Notes: generated by a model not told the origin, from the letters alone. A DNA stretch of 64,000 nucleotides from a virus (IMGVR_UViG_3300028833_000086:32001-96000), one strand, 5' to 3'. Shown: positions 1-9,856, counted from the first letter of the stretch. A program made the numbers and translations.

Positions 1-26
1 TGCCGTTTATTCACTTTTAATCAGTC

Positions 27-57
27 GTACAGGCACTGCATTATGCGGTGCCTGTAC
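27..57 (-). terminator. Stem-loop downstream of the discoidin-domain gene; possible terminator or processing hairpin
   Basis: GTACAGGCACTGCA-tta-TGCGGTGCCTGTAC, 14-bp stem; no clear U-tract. Confidence 0.45.
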
Positions 58-182
58 TAAATATGAGGGGTTTAAAAGACGCTGGGAAAACAAACCGACC
101 GTTTACTAAGTTCGTTTCCCCAATATATAATAATAGCTATTGCTACTATTACCAATTTAAGTTACTAACAAGCGGAGCGAGT

Positions 183-1145
183 TTAAACATCAACTCTGCC
201 GTAAATTTGAACACTGTATGCACCAAATCTTGATGCTGCTGATGCTGAAACTCTCTCAACTCTAAAATCTGAATATTCAGCAGGTGAATCAAGAACAATG
301 GTTGCAACTGCATATGAACCACGCCCTGCAGGGAGTGTCATTGAGAGATTATCTTTCAATACAACAGAACCATTGTTTGCGGTGATTCTATAATTAAAAG
401 TTATTTGAGAACTTGATGCATTGAATATAATTAAATAAAATTTTAATGCTTTAATATTTGACGGGAAAGTATATCCAATATATTCACCACCTGAAACAAC
501 AGTATTTGATTCCCACTGTGTTTGATTGTTGTTGTCAAATGCCAAATAAGGATATGCTGAACTGTAATAAGAACTTGCATAACACGTTCCGCTTGGTGTT
601 GTGTTTCCTGTCATTGTAGGGATTTTGGCATTATCAACACTTTCATAATATGCACTGTTTTGGATTGCAGTGTTCCATGTTGAATTTGCAATCAAAGTGT
701 TTGATGCATAATTGTTCAATCCAATCAGAGACATTGCATTTTGGTCTGCACATACATTGCTTGCAAATGTTGTTGACCTCACAAGATAATCAACAGCATT
801 TGAATCTGCTATAAGGGCTGATAAAACACCTGTGTCAGCCATAACTTCCGCAAGTGTAGTATAACCGCTATCCTCAATTCCCGCGCATTTTAACCATATT
901 TCCACATCGTCTGTAGGTGTAACAGTTTTTCCATCGGGAACATCTGGCACAGGCTCAGGCCCATCGTCAGGAACATGCAAAAGTTTCCAATTATGCAAAC
1001 TCTTTTCGGCATCCGTCAATTCAAGCCAGTCAGCATATTCGATGGGCACAAAGTCATTAGCCTTCTTAGCTATTTCCGTTTTTATTTTTCCGTCGTAAGT
1101 AGTTAAACCTTGGAGATCAAGGATATCTTTATTTATATTACTCAT
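183..1145 (-). CDS. Virion-associated protein: N-terminal LDLxGLTTYD motif, conserved scaffold, C-terminal discoidin (F5/8 type C)-like domain
   Basis: ASS..SSAYPYLAFDNN...W...Y..Y.F...QIYGR pattern; scaffold shared with 3663..4973 and 5091..6683. Confidence 0.65.
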   Translation of the reverse strand: MSNINKDILDLQGLTTYDGKIKTEIAKKANDFVPIEYADWLELTDAEKSLHNWKLLHVPDDGPEPVPDVPDGKTVTPTDDVEIWLKCAGIEDSGYTTLAEVMADTGVLSALIADSNAVDYLVRSTTFASNVCADQNAMSLIGLNNYASNTLIANSTWNTAIQNSAYYESVDNAKIPTMTGNTTPSGTCYASSYYSSAYPYLAFDNNNQTQWESNTVVSGGEYIGYTFPSNIKALKFYLIIFNASSSQITFNYRITANNGSVVLKDNLSMTLPAGRGSYAVATIVLDSPAEYSDFRVERVSASAASRFGAYSVQIYGRVDV

Positions 1146-1176
1146 TCTCGTTATCTCAACCTCCTTCAGTTTTTAT

Positions 1177-2595
1177 TTATGAGAATAAAGCATTGATCTG
1201 TGCTGTTGTTATTGTGCTAAGTGTAATAGTATCAGCACTTCCAGCCCCAACGACACCATCAGTCTCTTCAATAGAACCAGTAAGTGTTATAACGTCAGCC
1301 GCTCCAGATGTGCCAGTTGCGTATGATGCAATTGAAACATCGCTTGCAGTATCAAGATCGCCAATTGCATCCTTTATCTTTTTAGCAACTGATCCGCTAA
1401 CAGTATCTGCGCCATCAAGTCTTGTAAGTGCAGCAGCAACTGATTCGGTCATGGTACCAGCGCTATAAGTATATCCAACCTTAGAGCCATCAATATTAAC
1501 AACAGCAGCAGAAATTACATTGTTATTGTTAATTGTGAGCTGAACTTCGGCAGCGTTCTGCTCAGTGGTGTAGATATCAACAAGAGCCTTGGCAGCGATA
1601 TAAATAATATCACTTGTCGCATTGGCAATAACGAGCTTGATATATTTACCAGCATCGGCAGCAGTAGCGGTTCCGCCAGCTCCCTTGATAAGATCAGTTA
1701 CATCGGTAGTTCCATCATAAAGTTTTCCATCGGTTGAATCATAAGTAATGTCAACAACGCTACCAGACTCAACAACCATATCTTTAGGAATATCGATATC
1801 AACAAGTTTTTCAGCGGGAACGGGTGAAGTGGGATCGCCATCGGCACCCTGATATACTCCGTATCTCTTGCTGAAAGGATCGCTGGAAGTACCAGTAGTC
1901 TCGGTAACATATACAGTTTTAGAAGCAACTCCGCCAGAAGATGCCTGCGCAAGTTCCTGAAGAGCATCCTCAACATTAGTAGCGGTAAGATATCCGCCAG
2001 CATCAGCAATAGATACATCTTCAGCGGCGCCAGTTGTTGCAACCTTAGCAAGTGTTACGTCGTTAGCAGAGTTGGTGCCAACTTCGATAACACCATCAAC
2101 TTCTTTAATACCCTTAATGGTGACAACGCCTGAAGCCTCAGTAGCAAGTGCAAACTCAGAAGCATCAAGAGCTTCAACTGCATCTTTAACAGACTTTGCT
2201 ACAGATCCAGAAGTAGTGTCTGATCCATTAAGTACATTGATCTGTCCCTTAAGCTCGTTGAGCGCATCCAATATGGTGGTTGTAGCGGGATCAAACGTAG
2301 AATCAAGTGCAAGAGTGTATACTTCATTAGTGCTATCCCAAACAGCACCACATGCACTAGCGAGCGCATCAAGCTTTGTAGCAACATCACCGCCTCCAAG
2401 TGCAATAGTAGCATCAGGAGTATCGGTTCCAAGTACAGCGTTCGGCTTCTTATAGAAGTAAACGTTGTTACCATCCGCACTAAGCAGTACGCTCTTATAG
2501 CCTGCCTGTGCCGCGCTGTTGGCCCAATCCTTAATTTGAGTATCATAAGTTGTAAGACCAGCTAAATCGAGAAATGTTTTTTGTATAATTGCCAT
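1177..2595 (-). CDS. Acidic A/T/D/G-rich fibre-like virion protein
   Basis: 472 aa; repeated L.G.D...GSVAK.+KDA+..LD; N-term FLDLAGLTTYD, C-term ITTAQINALFS. Confidence 0.6.
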   Translation of the reverse strand: MAIIQKTFLDLAGLTTYDTQIKDWANSAAQAGYKSVLLSADGNNVYFYKKPNAVLGTDTPDATIALGGGDVATKLDALASACGAVWDSTNEVYTLALDSTFDPATTTILDALNELKGQINVLNGSDTTSGSVAKSVKDAVEALDASEFALATEASGVVTIKGIKEVDGVIEVGTNSANDVTLAKVATTGAAEDVSIADAGGYLTATNVEDALQELAQASSGGVASKTVYVTETTGTSSDPFSKRYGVYQGADGDPTSPVPAEKLVDIDIPKDMVVESGSVVDITYDSTDGKLYDGTTDVTDLIKGAGGTATAADAGKYIKLVIANATSDIIYIAAKALVDIYTTEQNAAEVQLTINNNNVISAAVVNIDGSKVGYTYSAGTMTESVAAALTRLDGADTVSGSVAKKIKDAIGDLDTASDVSIASYATGTSGAADVITLTGSIEETDGVVGAGSADTITLSTITTAQINALFS

Positions 2596-2621
2596 TTTTT
2601 TTATCCCCTTTTCTAAAATTA

Positions 2622-3128
2622 TTATGCAAACAATTGCATTATTTCTGTATCAGTTATTGCTCTTTCTTGTAACGACCATTTATATCCGTCCCATAACCAG
2701 AAAGCACAGTCTTGAATAGAGTAGTACATTCGCCTATCTGCAGGAGTAAAGCGCATTGGCAACTGAGAAGAATCTTCAACTATATCATATTGAGAATCCG
2801 CTCCGCCAATCTCAGACCACTTTGTACTATCAAACGTTATATCACTATTAGCAACGATACATCTATAAAATGCACCTGAATAAATAACTAAGTCCCCATA
2901 TTTATAATGATCACCAGATATCCATTCATATATAGGTGTTCCATCAGATATTGTAATAACCGTTGTCTGTTTAGTTCCATCATTGCCAGTCCACTCAAAT
3001 GTCAAAATATTTTGCCCATCTTGATGAACTGCAGATTTAATAGTACAAGGTGCTCCTTTAATAGCACCAAGACCAATAACTGTATTGTCCGTGTATTTTC
3101 GCGACAATGCATATGAAACAATATCCAT
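2622..3128 (-). CDS. Minor structural protein with CBM5/12-like carbohydrate-binding motif
   Basis: WISGDHYKYGDLVIYSGAFYRC...W; N-term MDIVSYALSRKYTD typical of phage minor structural proteins. Confidence 0.55.
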   Translation of the reverse strand: MDIVSYALSRKYTDNTVIGLGAIKGAPCTIKSAVHQDGQNILTFEWTGNDGTKQTTVITISDGTPIYEWISGDHYKYGDLVIYSGAFYRCIVANSDITFDSTKWSEIGGADSQYDIVEDSSQLPMRFTPADRRMYYSIQDCAFWLWDGYKWSLQERAITDTEIMQLFA

Positions 3129-3184
3129 TACATCCCCATCCTTTCTTTTATATTTAGTCCCCTAGTGTGATGGGGAATCACAAA

Positions 3185-3364
3185 TTATTCGTTGTCTTCC
3201 TTCTTGACAGCAGTTCCGTCCTCAAGAAATTCATAGCCATCAGCAATGACCTTTGCCTCGGTCTTTTTTCTCCAAGTGTTCGGAACATCCATGATTGTCC
3301 AAACCTTGTCTGTCTTTTCGTTGATGTCTCTTTCCTCTAAATGCCGACTGTATTTTGCTACCAT
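3185..3364 (-). CDS. Small CD1375/XkdX-like protein (59 aa, below ORF-track cutoff)
   Basis: Translated by hand: MVAKYSRHLEEKDINEKTDKVWTIMDVPNTWRKKTEAKVIADGY...; WTI.DVP..WR motif; GGAGG RBS. Confidence 0.6.
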   Translation of the reverse strand: MVAKYSRHLEERDINEKTDKVWTIMDVPNTWRKKTEAKVIADGYEFLEDGTAVKKEDNE

Positions 3365-3366
3365 CT

Positions 3367-3648
3367 TTATCCCTCCATTTCCGCAATCTTTTGAGCCAAT
3401 TCATCAACCATCTCTGCAAGATCGTCGATAGCCTGTGAATTTACATCGGATAATTCGGCAACATCACAGACGGCTGTATCATTTTCATTTATACCAACAG
3501 TATTAGTTTTAATTTCTTCACCTTGCTGAGAACTAGTCTGGCGCAATGCTGATTTGTCTGCCTCATTATATCTTGTTTTAATACCATACATACTAATAAC
3601 CGATGCGACTAAATTCTCAAGGTTTGAAACCCTCTTCTCTAAAGTCAT
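3367..3648 (-). CDS. Coiled-coil protein, fibre-associated
   Basis: Heptad pattern; precedes the CD1375-like gene as in fibre modules. Confidence 0.6.
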   Translation of the reverse strand: MTLEKRVSNLENLVASVISMYGIKTRYNEADKSALRQTSSQQGEEIKTNTVGINENDTAVCDVAELSDVNSQAIDDLAEMVDELAQKIAEMEG

Positions 3649-3662
3649 TATTATTTCCTCCT

Positions 3663-4973
3663 TTAAACATCTTCGCGACCATAAAACTGGATCTCAGATA
3701 TATAAATCATTTTATCGTGTTGTGTTTCGGCTCCTTCTTGTGGGCCTTTAGGTATATAAATTTTAAGTTGATACCAAACATCTTTAGTTAGATTTTGTTC
3801 AAACACATATGCGTGAGTTATCCCAGTGGTAACTGGGGCAATTTGAGTACCTATCATAGCATTACCACTTCCACAATCTACATTATATTTATCCATAAAT
3901 ACATTTGTTGATGTGTTACAAGGAGTTATATCATATCTATAACACTTTACACTACTAGGAAAACGATAACCTATACTCCAGTAAGGGATAACAAAGCTGC
4001 TATCCAACATTATTGCAGCGCTCATTCCAGATCTTGTATCTAAATCTTTGTCAAAAGCAAGATAAGAATATCCAATTGGCCCACTATGTGGATTCGCAGT
4101 GCATATTCCACTCGGAGTAGTATTACCAGTCATTGCAGGAACTTTAACATTAAGTACACTTTCAAAGTAGTTAGACATACATATTCCCACGCGCCAATCA
4201 TAATCATCAAGTAATGTATTAGCAGCATAATTGTTCAATCCAATATATGTCATGGCAGTAGCATTATCGCATAATCCACCAATTGTTTTAGTTCTAAGAA
4301 CTATTTCTTTAATAGTTGCTGTATATCCAGTAGCCATGGTGAATTCAAAACGATATTTTTTATATGCCGTATTATTGCCATACATCTTATGCTTTACAAC
4401 ATTATCATGTAAATTGTTAAGTTTCATGCTACCAATTTCAATTGGTTCTCCATCATTTATTCCATAAATTGTTAATGTATTTATGATGTTATAATTATTT
4501 ATCTTTTCATCGGTAAACTGTATGGTATCAAGAATTTCCGCAGTAGGAAGTTCAATTTGTAACCACTGCCCATCACCAGCAGTATCAGCTTTCCAAGCAC
4601 TAGAATTACCAGCATTATTAAATGCTTTATAAGGTTCGTAACCTTCAGCATAACTACTTGCGCTTGCAATATATCCAACAGGATGAGTATCATCAGTCAT
4701 TACTGGTGTTAAAACTTCAGTACTTATCCACGTCTTACTTCTGACCAGATAGTCAACTGCATTCTCGTCCGCCATCAGTGCGGACAGTGTTTCGGTGTCA
4801 GCCATTACCTGACCAAGTGTTTGATAATCTTTATCCCAGATGTCAGCACAGTTGAGCCACGTCTGTATGTTATCCGTGGGTAACTCTGTCTTACCATTGG
4901 GTAATATTTTAGGGGGAGTAAAGCTACTATCCGCCCACACAGGCGTTCTCCCCAGCGCTATTGCTGTAATCAT
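3663..4973 (-). CDS. Virion-associated protein with two discoidin-like domains
   Basis: ASASS...YKAFN...W...WLQIELP and AFDK...QFYGREDV; conserved scaffold split by the first domain. Confidence 0.65.
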   Translation of the reverse strand: MITAIALGRTPVWADSSFTPPKILPNGKTELPTDNIQTWLNCADIWDKDYQTLGQVMADTETLSALMADENAVDYLVRSKTWISTEVLTPVMTDDTHPVGYIASASSYAEGYEPYKAFNNAGNSSAWKADTAGDGQWLQIELPTAEILDTIQFTDEKINNYNIINTLTIYGINDGEPIEIGSMKLNNLHDNVVKHKMYGNNTAYKKYRFEFTMATGYTATIKEIVLRTKTIGGLCDNATAMTYIGLNNYAANTLLDDYDWRVGICMSNYFESVLNVKVPAMTGNTTPSGICTANPHSGPIGYSYLAFDKDLDTRSGMSAAIMLDSSFVIPYWSIGYRFPSSVKCYRYDITPCNTSTNVFMDKYNVDCGSGNAMIGTQIAPVTTGITHAYVFEQNLTKDVWYQLKIYIPKGPQEGAETQHDKMIYISEIQFYGREDV

Positions 4974-5002
4974 TTATTACTCCTCCTTATAAAAATAGAA
5001 AC

Positions 5003-5032
5003 AGGTACCACACTTTTGACGGCGTGGTACCC
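5003..5032 (-). promoter_or_regulatory. Leader hairpin (11-bp stem, CGUCAAAA loop) followed by UUUCUA, then RBS
   Basis: GGGTACCACGC-cgtcaaaa-GTGTGGTACCT on minus strand; homologous to 6717..6746. Confidence 0.6.
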
Positions 5033-5090
5033 TTGTATAAATAAATCGATTTTGAAATATATAACACTCCGTATGGAGTGGTATATTTAA

Positions 5091-6683
5091 TTAAATGTCT
5101 ACTCTTCCATAGAATTGGCATTCACGCACACCAGTATAGGATTGGGTACTGTTTATATTTCCTAATTCTACTCCAAAATATTCAGCATCTTCATCGTTGT
5201 CAAAATTCCAACTAAAAACACTTTGGTTTACTACGGCACTATAACACTCTTTTAATGAAGTATAATTCGTTCCATCGGAACTCTTAACAACACGTCTTGG
5301 ATAAGAGCCTGAATTTGTGTATTGAGGGAAATATGTATTTATCATATCTAAGTCACATCGATATATTTTTAAAGGCGAATCAAATTTGTAAATAAACCGA
5401 CCAAATGAATTACTATTTCCACTCATGTAACAAACTGTGGTGTTCCCATCAAATGCTTGATATGGTTGACTACTACCATATAATCCACTATTTGAAAGAT
5501 TAGTAAAAGAACATTCTCCACTCGGCTCAGTATTACCAGTCATCACGGGAACCTTAGCGTTGAGTACGCTTTCAAAATAAGTAGACGTACATATCTTAAC
5601 TCTCCAGTCACTATCAGCGAGCAACGTATTACTTGCATAATTACTATACCCAATATACGTCATGGCGTTCTCATTAGAGCAAATTTCGTCAATCCATCCT
5701 TTACAGGTAACGAGATAGTTGACTGCATTCTCAGATTGCATGAGTGTCTGAAGAGTAACGGGATCATTAAGAACTTGTGAGAGAGTAGTATAGTTCTTAT
5801 CTGTAACTCCGCCCGCAGTAAGCCACGACTGTACTCCACCATTTTGTCTGCCGTAGAATTGAAGCATGGAACAAGTACAAGGGTTTGTGCTTGCGTATGT
5901 TGAAGTTACATATAAACGATAGTATGTATAATCGTTATTGTTGTTAAAATTGTATTCTGCTGAATATGCCTCTGTGCTATCGGTTGCTATGCCAGTATAT
6001 AAATTAATATAAGAATTTCCGTCAATAGAGCCTTGAATATTAAAGTTTTTAACAGTAATGTGCTGAACACCACCAACACCTGCCGTTCTGTATCCAATCT
6101 TTGCTTTATGAACACGAACGGAAGAAGGAAAATGATATCCGACATAGTGTGGAAATGTATCACCGCTAACACTCGCCCAAGCATTGTCATCATTACCATC
6201 AAATGCTTTAAAAGCTGAATAACTTGCATTTAACTGACTATCAGCAAAGCACTCACCACTCGGAGTAGTGTTACTCGTCATAGCAGGAACTTTGACATTA
6301 TCAACACTCTCAAAGTATGTACTATTCTGTATTGCAGTATTCCAATCGCTATCAGCAAGAAGTGTATTGCTGGCATAATCATTAGCACCGATATATGTCA
6401 TAGCTGTTTGATCTGCACATACATCACTTGCCCATGTAGTAGACCTTACCAGATAATTAACAGCATTCTTACTATTCATCAGCGTTCTAACAATACCACT
6501 GTCCGCCAGCACTTCTGCCAACGTATCATATTGTTGAGTTAATCCAGCACACTTTTGCCAAATAACCACATCATTTATAGGTATAGCAGTTGTGCCGTCA
6601 GGTATATCTGGTTCGGGGGGAGTAGGACTACTGCCGCCATGAACCCATATTAAATCTTTATCTAAGGCTATTAGTGTGCCCAT
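5091..6683 (-). CDS. Virion-associated protein with two scaffold+discoidin repeats
   Basis: Internal duplication; AFDGN...W, QFYGR ends; AAGGAGG RBS. Confidence 0.65.
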   Translation of the reverse strand: MGTLIALDKDLIWVHGGSSPTPPEPDIPDGTTAIPINDVVIWQKCAGLTQQYDTLAEVLADSGIVRTLMNSKNAVNYLVRSTTWASDVCADQTAMTYIGANDYASNTLLADSDWNTAIQNSTYFESVDNVKVPAMTSNTTPSGECFADSQLNASYSAFKAFDGNDDNAWASVSGDTFPHYVGYHFPSSVRVHKAKIGYRTAGVGGVQHITVKNFNIQGSIDGNSYINLYTGIATDSTEAYSAEYNFNNNNDYTYYRLYVTSTYASTNPCTCSMLQFYGRQNGGVQSWLTAGGVTDKNYTTLSQVLNDPVTLQTLMQSENAVNYLVTCKGWIDEICSNENAMTYIGYSNYASNTLLADSDWRVKICTSTYFESVLNAKVPVMTGNTEPSGECSFTNLSNSGLYGSSQPYQAFDGNTTVCYMSGNSNSFGRFIYKFDSPLKIYRCDLDMINTYFPQYTNSGSYPRRVVKSSDGTNYTSLKECYSAVVNQSVFSWNFDNDEDAEYFGVELGNINSTQSYTGVRECQFYGRVDI

Positions 6684-6716
6684 GTTAAATCCTCCTTCGT
6701 CTTATAATTTAGAAAT

Positions 6717-6746
6717 GGACACTGCACCTTTGACAGCACAGCGTCC
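6717..6746 (-). promoter_or_regulatory. Leader hairpin (11-bp stem, UGUCAAAG loop) followed by UUUCUA, then RBS
   Basis: GGACGCTGTGC-tgtcaaag-GTGCAGTGTCC on minus strand; covaries with 5003..5032. Confidence 0.6.
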
Positions 6747-6817
6747 TAGCAGAGTGTTATCGTCAATAATAGACGATAAAATAACGACGCGAGTTTTGAG
6801 GCCCGCATCGTCTTATT

Positions 6818-8587
6818 TTATTTTATAATCGAACTTTTACGAATAGAAGATCCAAGTAAGTCTAACAAAGATTTTGTACTCTCATCATTTTTACGTTGCA
6901 TCTCGCGACCAATGATCTGAGCCACATAATAATTATATTCAAGACTTGAGAATCTATCCTTACGCATACCTGAATGTTCTTTGAGTTTAACCTTGTTATC
7001 TACAATCTTACCTTCGAGGTTAACCATCTCATTAACCAACGCAGTTGTCTGTGCGTACGGCATAAGTAATTTCACTTTTTCTTCAGTCGACATAGATGCA
7101 TAGCCAGCAACTTTTTTTACTACTTGCTCTGCATCATATTCATTGATTAATAGTGAGAGATTACCAGTCTGTATACCCGCACGAAGAGCAGTAGCCATTT
7201 CAGAGTTCTCTTGTGCATACGCCTTAATAGTCCATACGCACTTATTTGCGTTGGGCTCTCTACAACGTTCCGCCATGGCTACATCATTGCAACTACACAT
7301 AGCATCATATGTTTCACCAGTCTCCGCATCAAACTGCGGACGAGCGATAAAGTCATATACTGGAAGTCCAATACCATTTGTATCCAGTACTAGATCGGTA
7401 CACTTATAATGATTAAAATATCGCATTATAATAATACCAACCTCTTCGGTTGTTTTACCTTCAAAAGTTTCCACATAAACAATATGTGACGCCATTCCGT
7501 TATTACTAGGCGTTGCAATATTAATTTCTATTGCAGTAGCATCGTTATTGGTTGCCTTACTTGCCATGAGCGCAACATCCACAGATAATATTCGACGTTC
7601 ACCTTCTGCAAGATCAGGAACATTTATACCACGTTTTTCATAAAACTCAAATGGCAAGAAAGCATTCTTAATCACACGACAACTTGACACTTCGTCGTAT
7701 TTATAAAAAGCATCTTCCGCTTCGCCATAGAACAAAGCCTCACGTTCCATCCTAAATGAAATAGGATCAAAATCCGCTTCAGACATTTCGTCTTCAACAG
7801 CTTCTTTTGAAAAGATACCTTCTTCAATGCCAACTTCATATGGTAAGCCGCAGCAAAAATATCTCTTATTGTCATCTAGCATAAGCGCAGCATCAGACTT
7901 GCACTTTTCAAATATCCACGAACTCTTATAGTATGCGGATGTCGTATACATCTCTATATTTCTTTCCTGATATTTGGGATTATTTTTATATTCAGGCAGA
8001 TTCATATAGGGAGGTTTTCTGAGCGAGGTCAAGAATTTTTTAAGAACGTCTTGTACTATTTTTTTCTTAACCATTCTTGATTCATCTATTATTACTATAG
8101 TTGCACGATTACTACGAGCGGTATCACTTGCCGTAACAACTTTAATCCACGATCCATTTTTAAAAGTAACATGTGGATTATTTATTGCTGTAGTGATTTC
8201 TTCAATTTCATTTGATAGATTACTGCTACCCCAGTCATGTAATTTCATGAAGTCGGTTTCAATCTTACCTATAATCTCAACCGCCTGAGACTTAACTCCA
8301 GATGCTACACATACTTTTGTAGCGGGATAAAGAATACACCTAATCACACAATAAAGTGCAATTAAATACGTTTTGCCTAAGCCTCGGCTCGCGATCCAAT
8401 TGAAGACCGTACACAAATTCATTACATACAACAAAATTTTTTGAAATATACCCAATTGAATATTTAAAAACTCAGCAGCAAAGCGTTGAGGATTCGCACG
8501 ATAAAACGCTGTCCATATTGCCACACCTTCCATTAGGTTATCATATTTTTCCTGTTGTATCTGAGCAAAGCTCTTTTTATTACTCAT
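6818..8587 (-). CDS. terL: Terminase large subunit (SPbeta YonF-like)
   Basis: Walker A ASRGLGKT, Walker B IIIDES, RNase H-like SVDVA / LDTNGIG / RKDRFSS. Confidence 0.88.
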   Translation of the reverse strand: MSNKKSFAQIQQEKYDNLMEGVAIWTAFYRANPQRFAAEFLNIQLGIFQKILLYVMNLCTVFNWIASRGLGKTYLIALYCVIRCILYPATKVCVASGVKSQAVEIIGKIETDFMKLHDWGSSNLSNEIEEITTAINNPHVTFKNGSWIKVVTASDTARSNRATIVIIDESRMVKKKIVQDVLKKFLTSLRKPPYMNLPEYKNNPKYQERNIEMYTTSAYYKSSWIFEKCKSDAALMLDDNKRYFCCGLPYEVGIEEGIFSKEAVEDEMSEADFDPISFRMEREALFYGEAEDAFYKYDEVSSCRVIKNAFLPFEFYEKRGINVPDLAEGERRILSVDVALMASKATNNDATAIEINIATPSNNGMASHIVYVETFEGKTTEEVGIIIMRYFNHYKCTDLVLDTNGIGLPVYDFIARPQFDAETGETYDAMCSCNDVAMAERCREPNANKCVWTIKAYAQENSEMATALRAGIQTGNLSLLINEYDAEQVVKKVAGYASMSTEEKVKLLMPYAQTTALVNEMVNLEGKIVDNKVKLKEHSGMRKDRFSSLEYNYYVAQIIGREMQRKNDESTKSLLDLLGSSIRKSSIIK

Positions 8588-9659
8588 CTAATGCGCCACC
8601 ATAGATCTTATTAAATATGTCTTCTGAATCCTCATCTATACTAAACTCTGGACGGGTGGCAGCATATTGACGCATATAGTCATCGTACATTTTAGAATAC
8701 TTATTCTTAATACCAAGCATTTTACATAAGTGTCCCAAGAAATAAACACTGATATATAATCCAATCTTATCTACATCTTTAAACTGGGGGTCTATATCGG
8801 CAACAGGACGTGTCTCTTCAAGTTTCTGTATAAGTTGTCCGTAAGACTCCACGCCACCAGTAACATCATTCTTATTTTGTTTAGGCGTAATATCACCAGT
8901 TTCCATAAGCTTTTGCAATGTAGCGGTTAACTTATCAGTGGATTCATTGTTAAGTCGCGCCTTATGCAATTCAAGCTGAGTGAATGCAATATTCTTAAAT
9001 AACTCTTCTTGAGCTTTAGAATTACATTCATATCGATCACACCAGTCAGAATACTCTGTTTCAAGAAAATGCAAATCATGCAAGCTGTATTCATTACCAA
9101 AATGTTTCTTGGCATTTACAAATATCTCATCGCTCTCGTCAAACTTCTCTTCAACTGGACGCTGCTCATAACTTCCAAACTTACTATCTTTCCACTTACG
9201 CCCCTTATACTGCGGCAGACTTTGTATCTGCGTAATATAAACAGCGAAAGGAGATTGATAAGTTTTTCTGTTGGTCGGATCATTCTTCTGATTATCCACA
9301 CCATTAACAGCGTTCATATACACTTCGTCATAATAAGGTTTATCCATAAGCTCAAGAACCTTCATTACGCTTTCCTTTGTTTCGTTAGGTGGATCAGATT
9401 CTCTTTTTCTTTGTTCTACCAACATCTGCACGCATTCTTTACATATAGGAAAATATCCTGCCTTAAAGCGTGCGTCTTTATAGAAGCCAGTATGATAACC
9501 AGTGTTACGCTTCCAGTTGTCGCACTTAGGACAATACATAATGTCACAGTCAAGCATTTTATTATAGGTGTCAGCAAACTTGCTATAAATCCTGCGCATG
9601 TCGGCGACACCAAGTTTTGATTCCTCGCCTAATGGCGCGGGTTGTAAATTCGTTGCCAT
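8580..9659 (-). CDS. Zn-finger protein overlapping terL start; probable terminase small subunit
   Basis: CPKC...CKEC; position directly upstream of terL. Confidence 0.5.
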   Translation of the reverse strand: MATNLQPAPLGEESKLGVADMRRIYSKFADTYNKMLDCDIMYCPKCDNWKRNTGYHTGFYKDARFKAGYFPICKECVQMLVEQRKRESDPPNETKESVMKVLELMDKPYYDEVYMNAVNGVDNQKNDPTNRKTYQSPFAVYITQIQSLPQYKGRKWKDSKFGSYEQRPVEEKFDESDEIFVNAKKHFGNEYSLHDLHFLETEYSDWCDRYECNSKAQEELFKNIAFTQLELHKARLNNESTDKLTATLQKLMETGDITPKQNKNDVTGGVESYGQLIQKLEETRPVADIDPQFKDVDKIGLYISVYFLGHLCKMLGIKNKYSKMYDDYMRQYAATRPEFSIDEDSEDIFNKIYGGALDE

Positions 9660-9684
9660 ATTTCACCATTTTATCCTTTTAATC

Positions 9685-9714
9685 AAAAGCCCTCGGCGCT
9701 TAACGACCGAGGGC
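9685..9714 (-). terminator. Rho-independent terminator closing the ncRNA cassette
   Basis: GCCCTCGG-10 nt-CCGAGGGC-TTTT on minus strand. Confidence 0.7.
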
Positions 9715-9761
9715 AAACATTTGTAGCGCGACTATTTTTATCTTTAGCGGTCGCGACGCTT
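9715..9761 (-). ncRNA. H-type pseudoknot, CptI-like unit 3
   Basis: AGCG/CGCT stem, loop CGCGAC pairs with GTCGCG, linker AAAGATAAAAATA, followed by CAAATGTTT. Confidence 0.55.
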
Positions 9762-9797
9762 ATGACAGTCTATAGGCTCCATGCCTCCATGGAGTCA

Positions 9798-9856
9798 GTG
9801 CAGCAGCAAGGAGTTGCACCTTGCCTCGGGGAATTCTCCCCAAACTGTAGCTGCAT
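9798..9856 (-). ncRNA. D-arm-less tRNA-like element
   Basis: Acceptor-like TGCAGC/GCTGCA; TTGGGGA-gaat-TCCCCGA hairpin; T-arm-like GCAAGG-TGCAACT-CCTTGC. Confidence 0.5.

Noticed and set aside
1506-1516. Self-target of the TnpB guide
   Set aside because: Only an 11-nt match with mismatches at the seed-proximal end; expected by chance.
183-6683. Diversity-generating retroelement or shufflon
   Set aside because: No reverse transcriptase, no adenine-only TR/VR pair, no inverted cassettes or adjacent invertase in the window.
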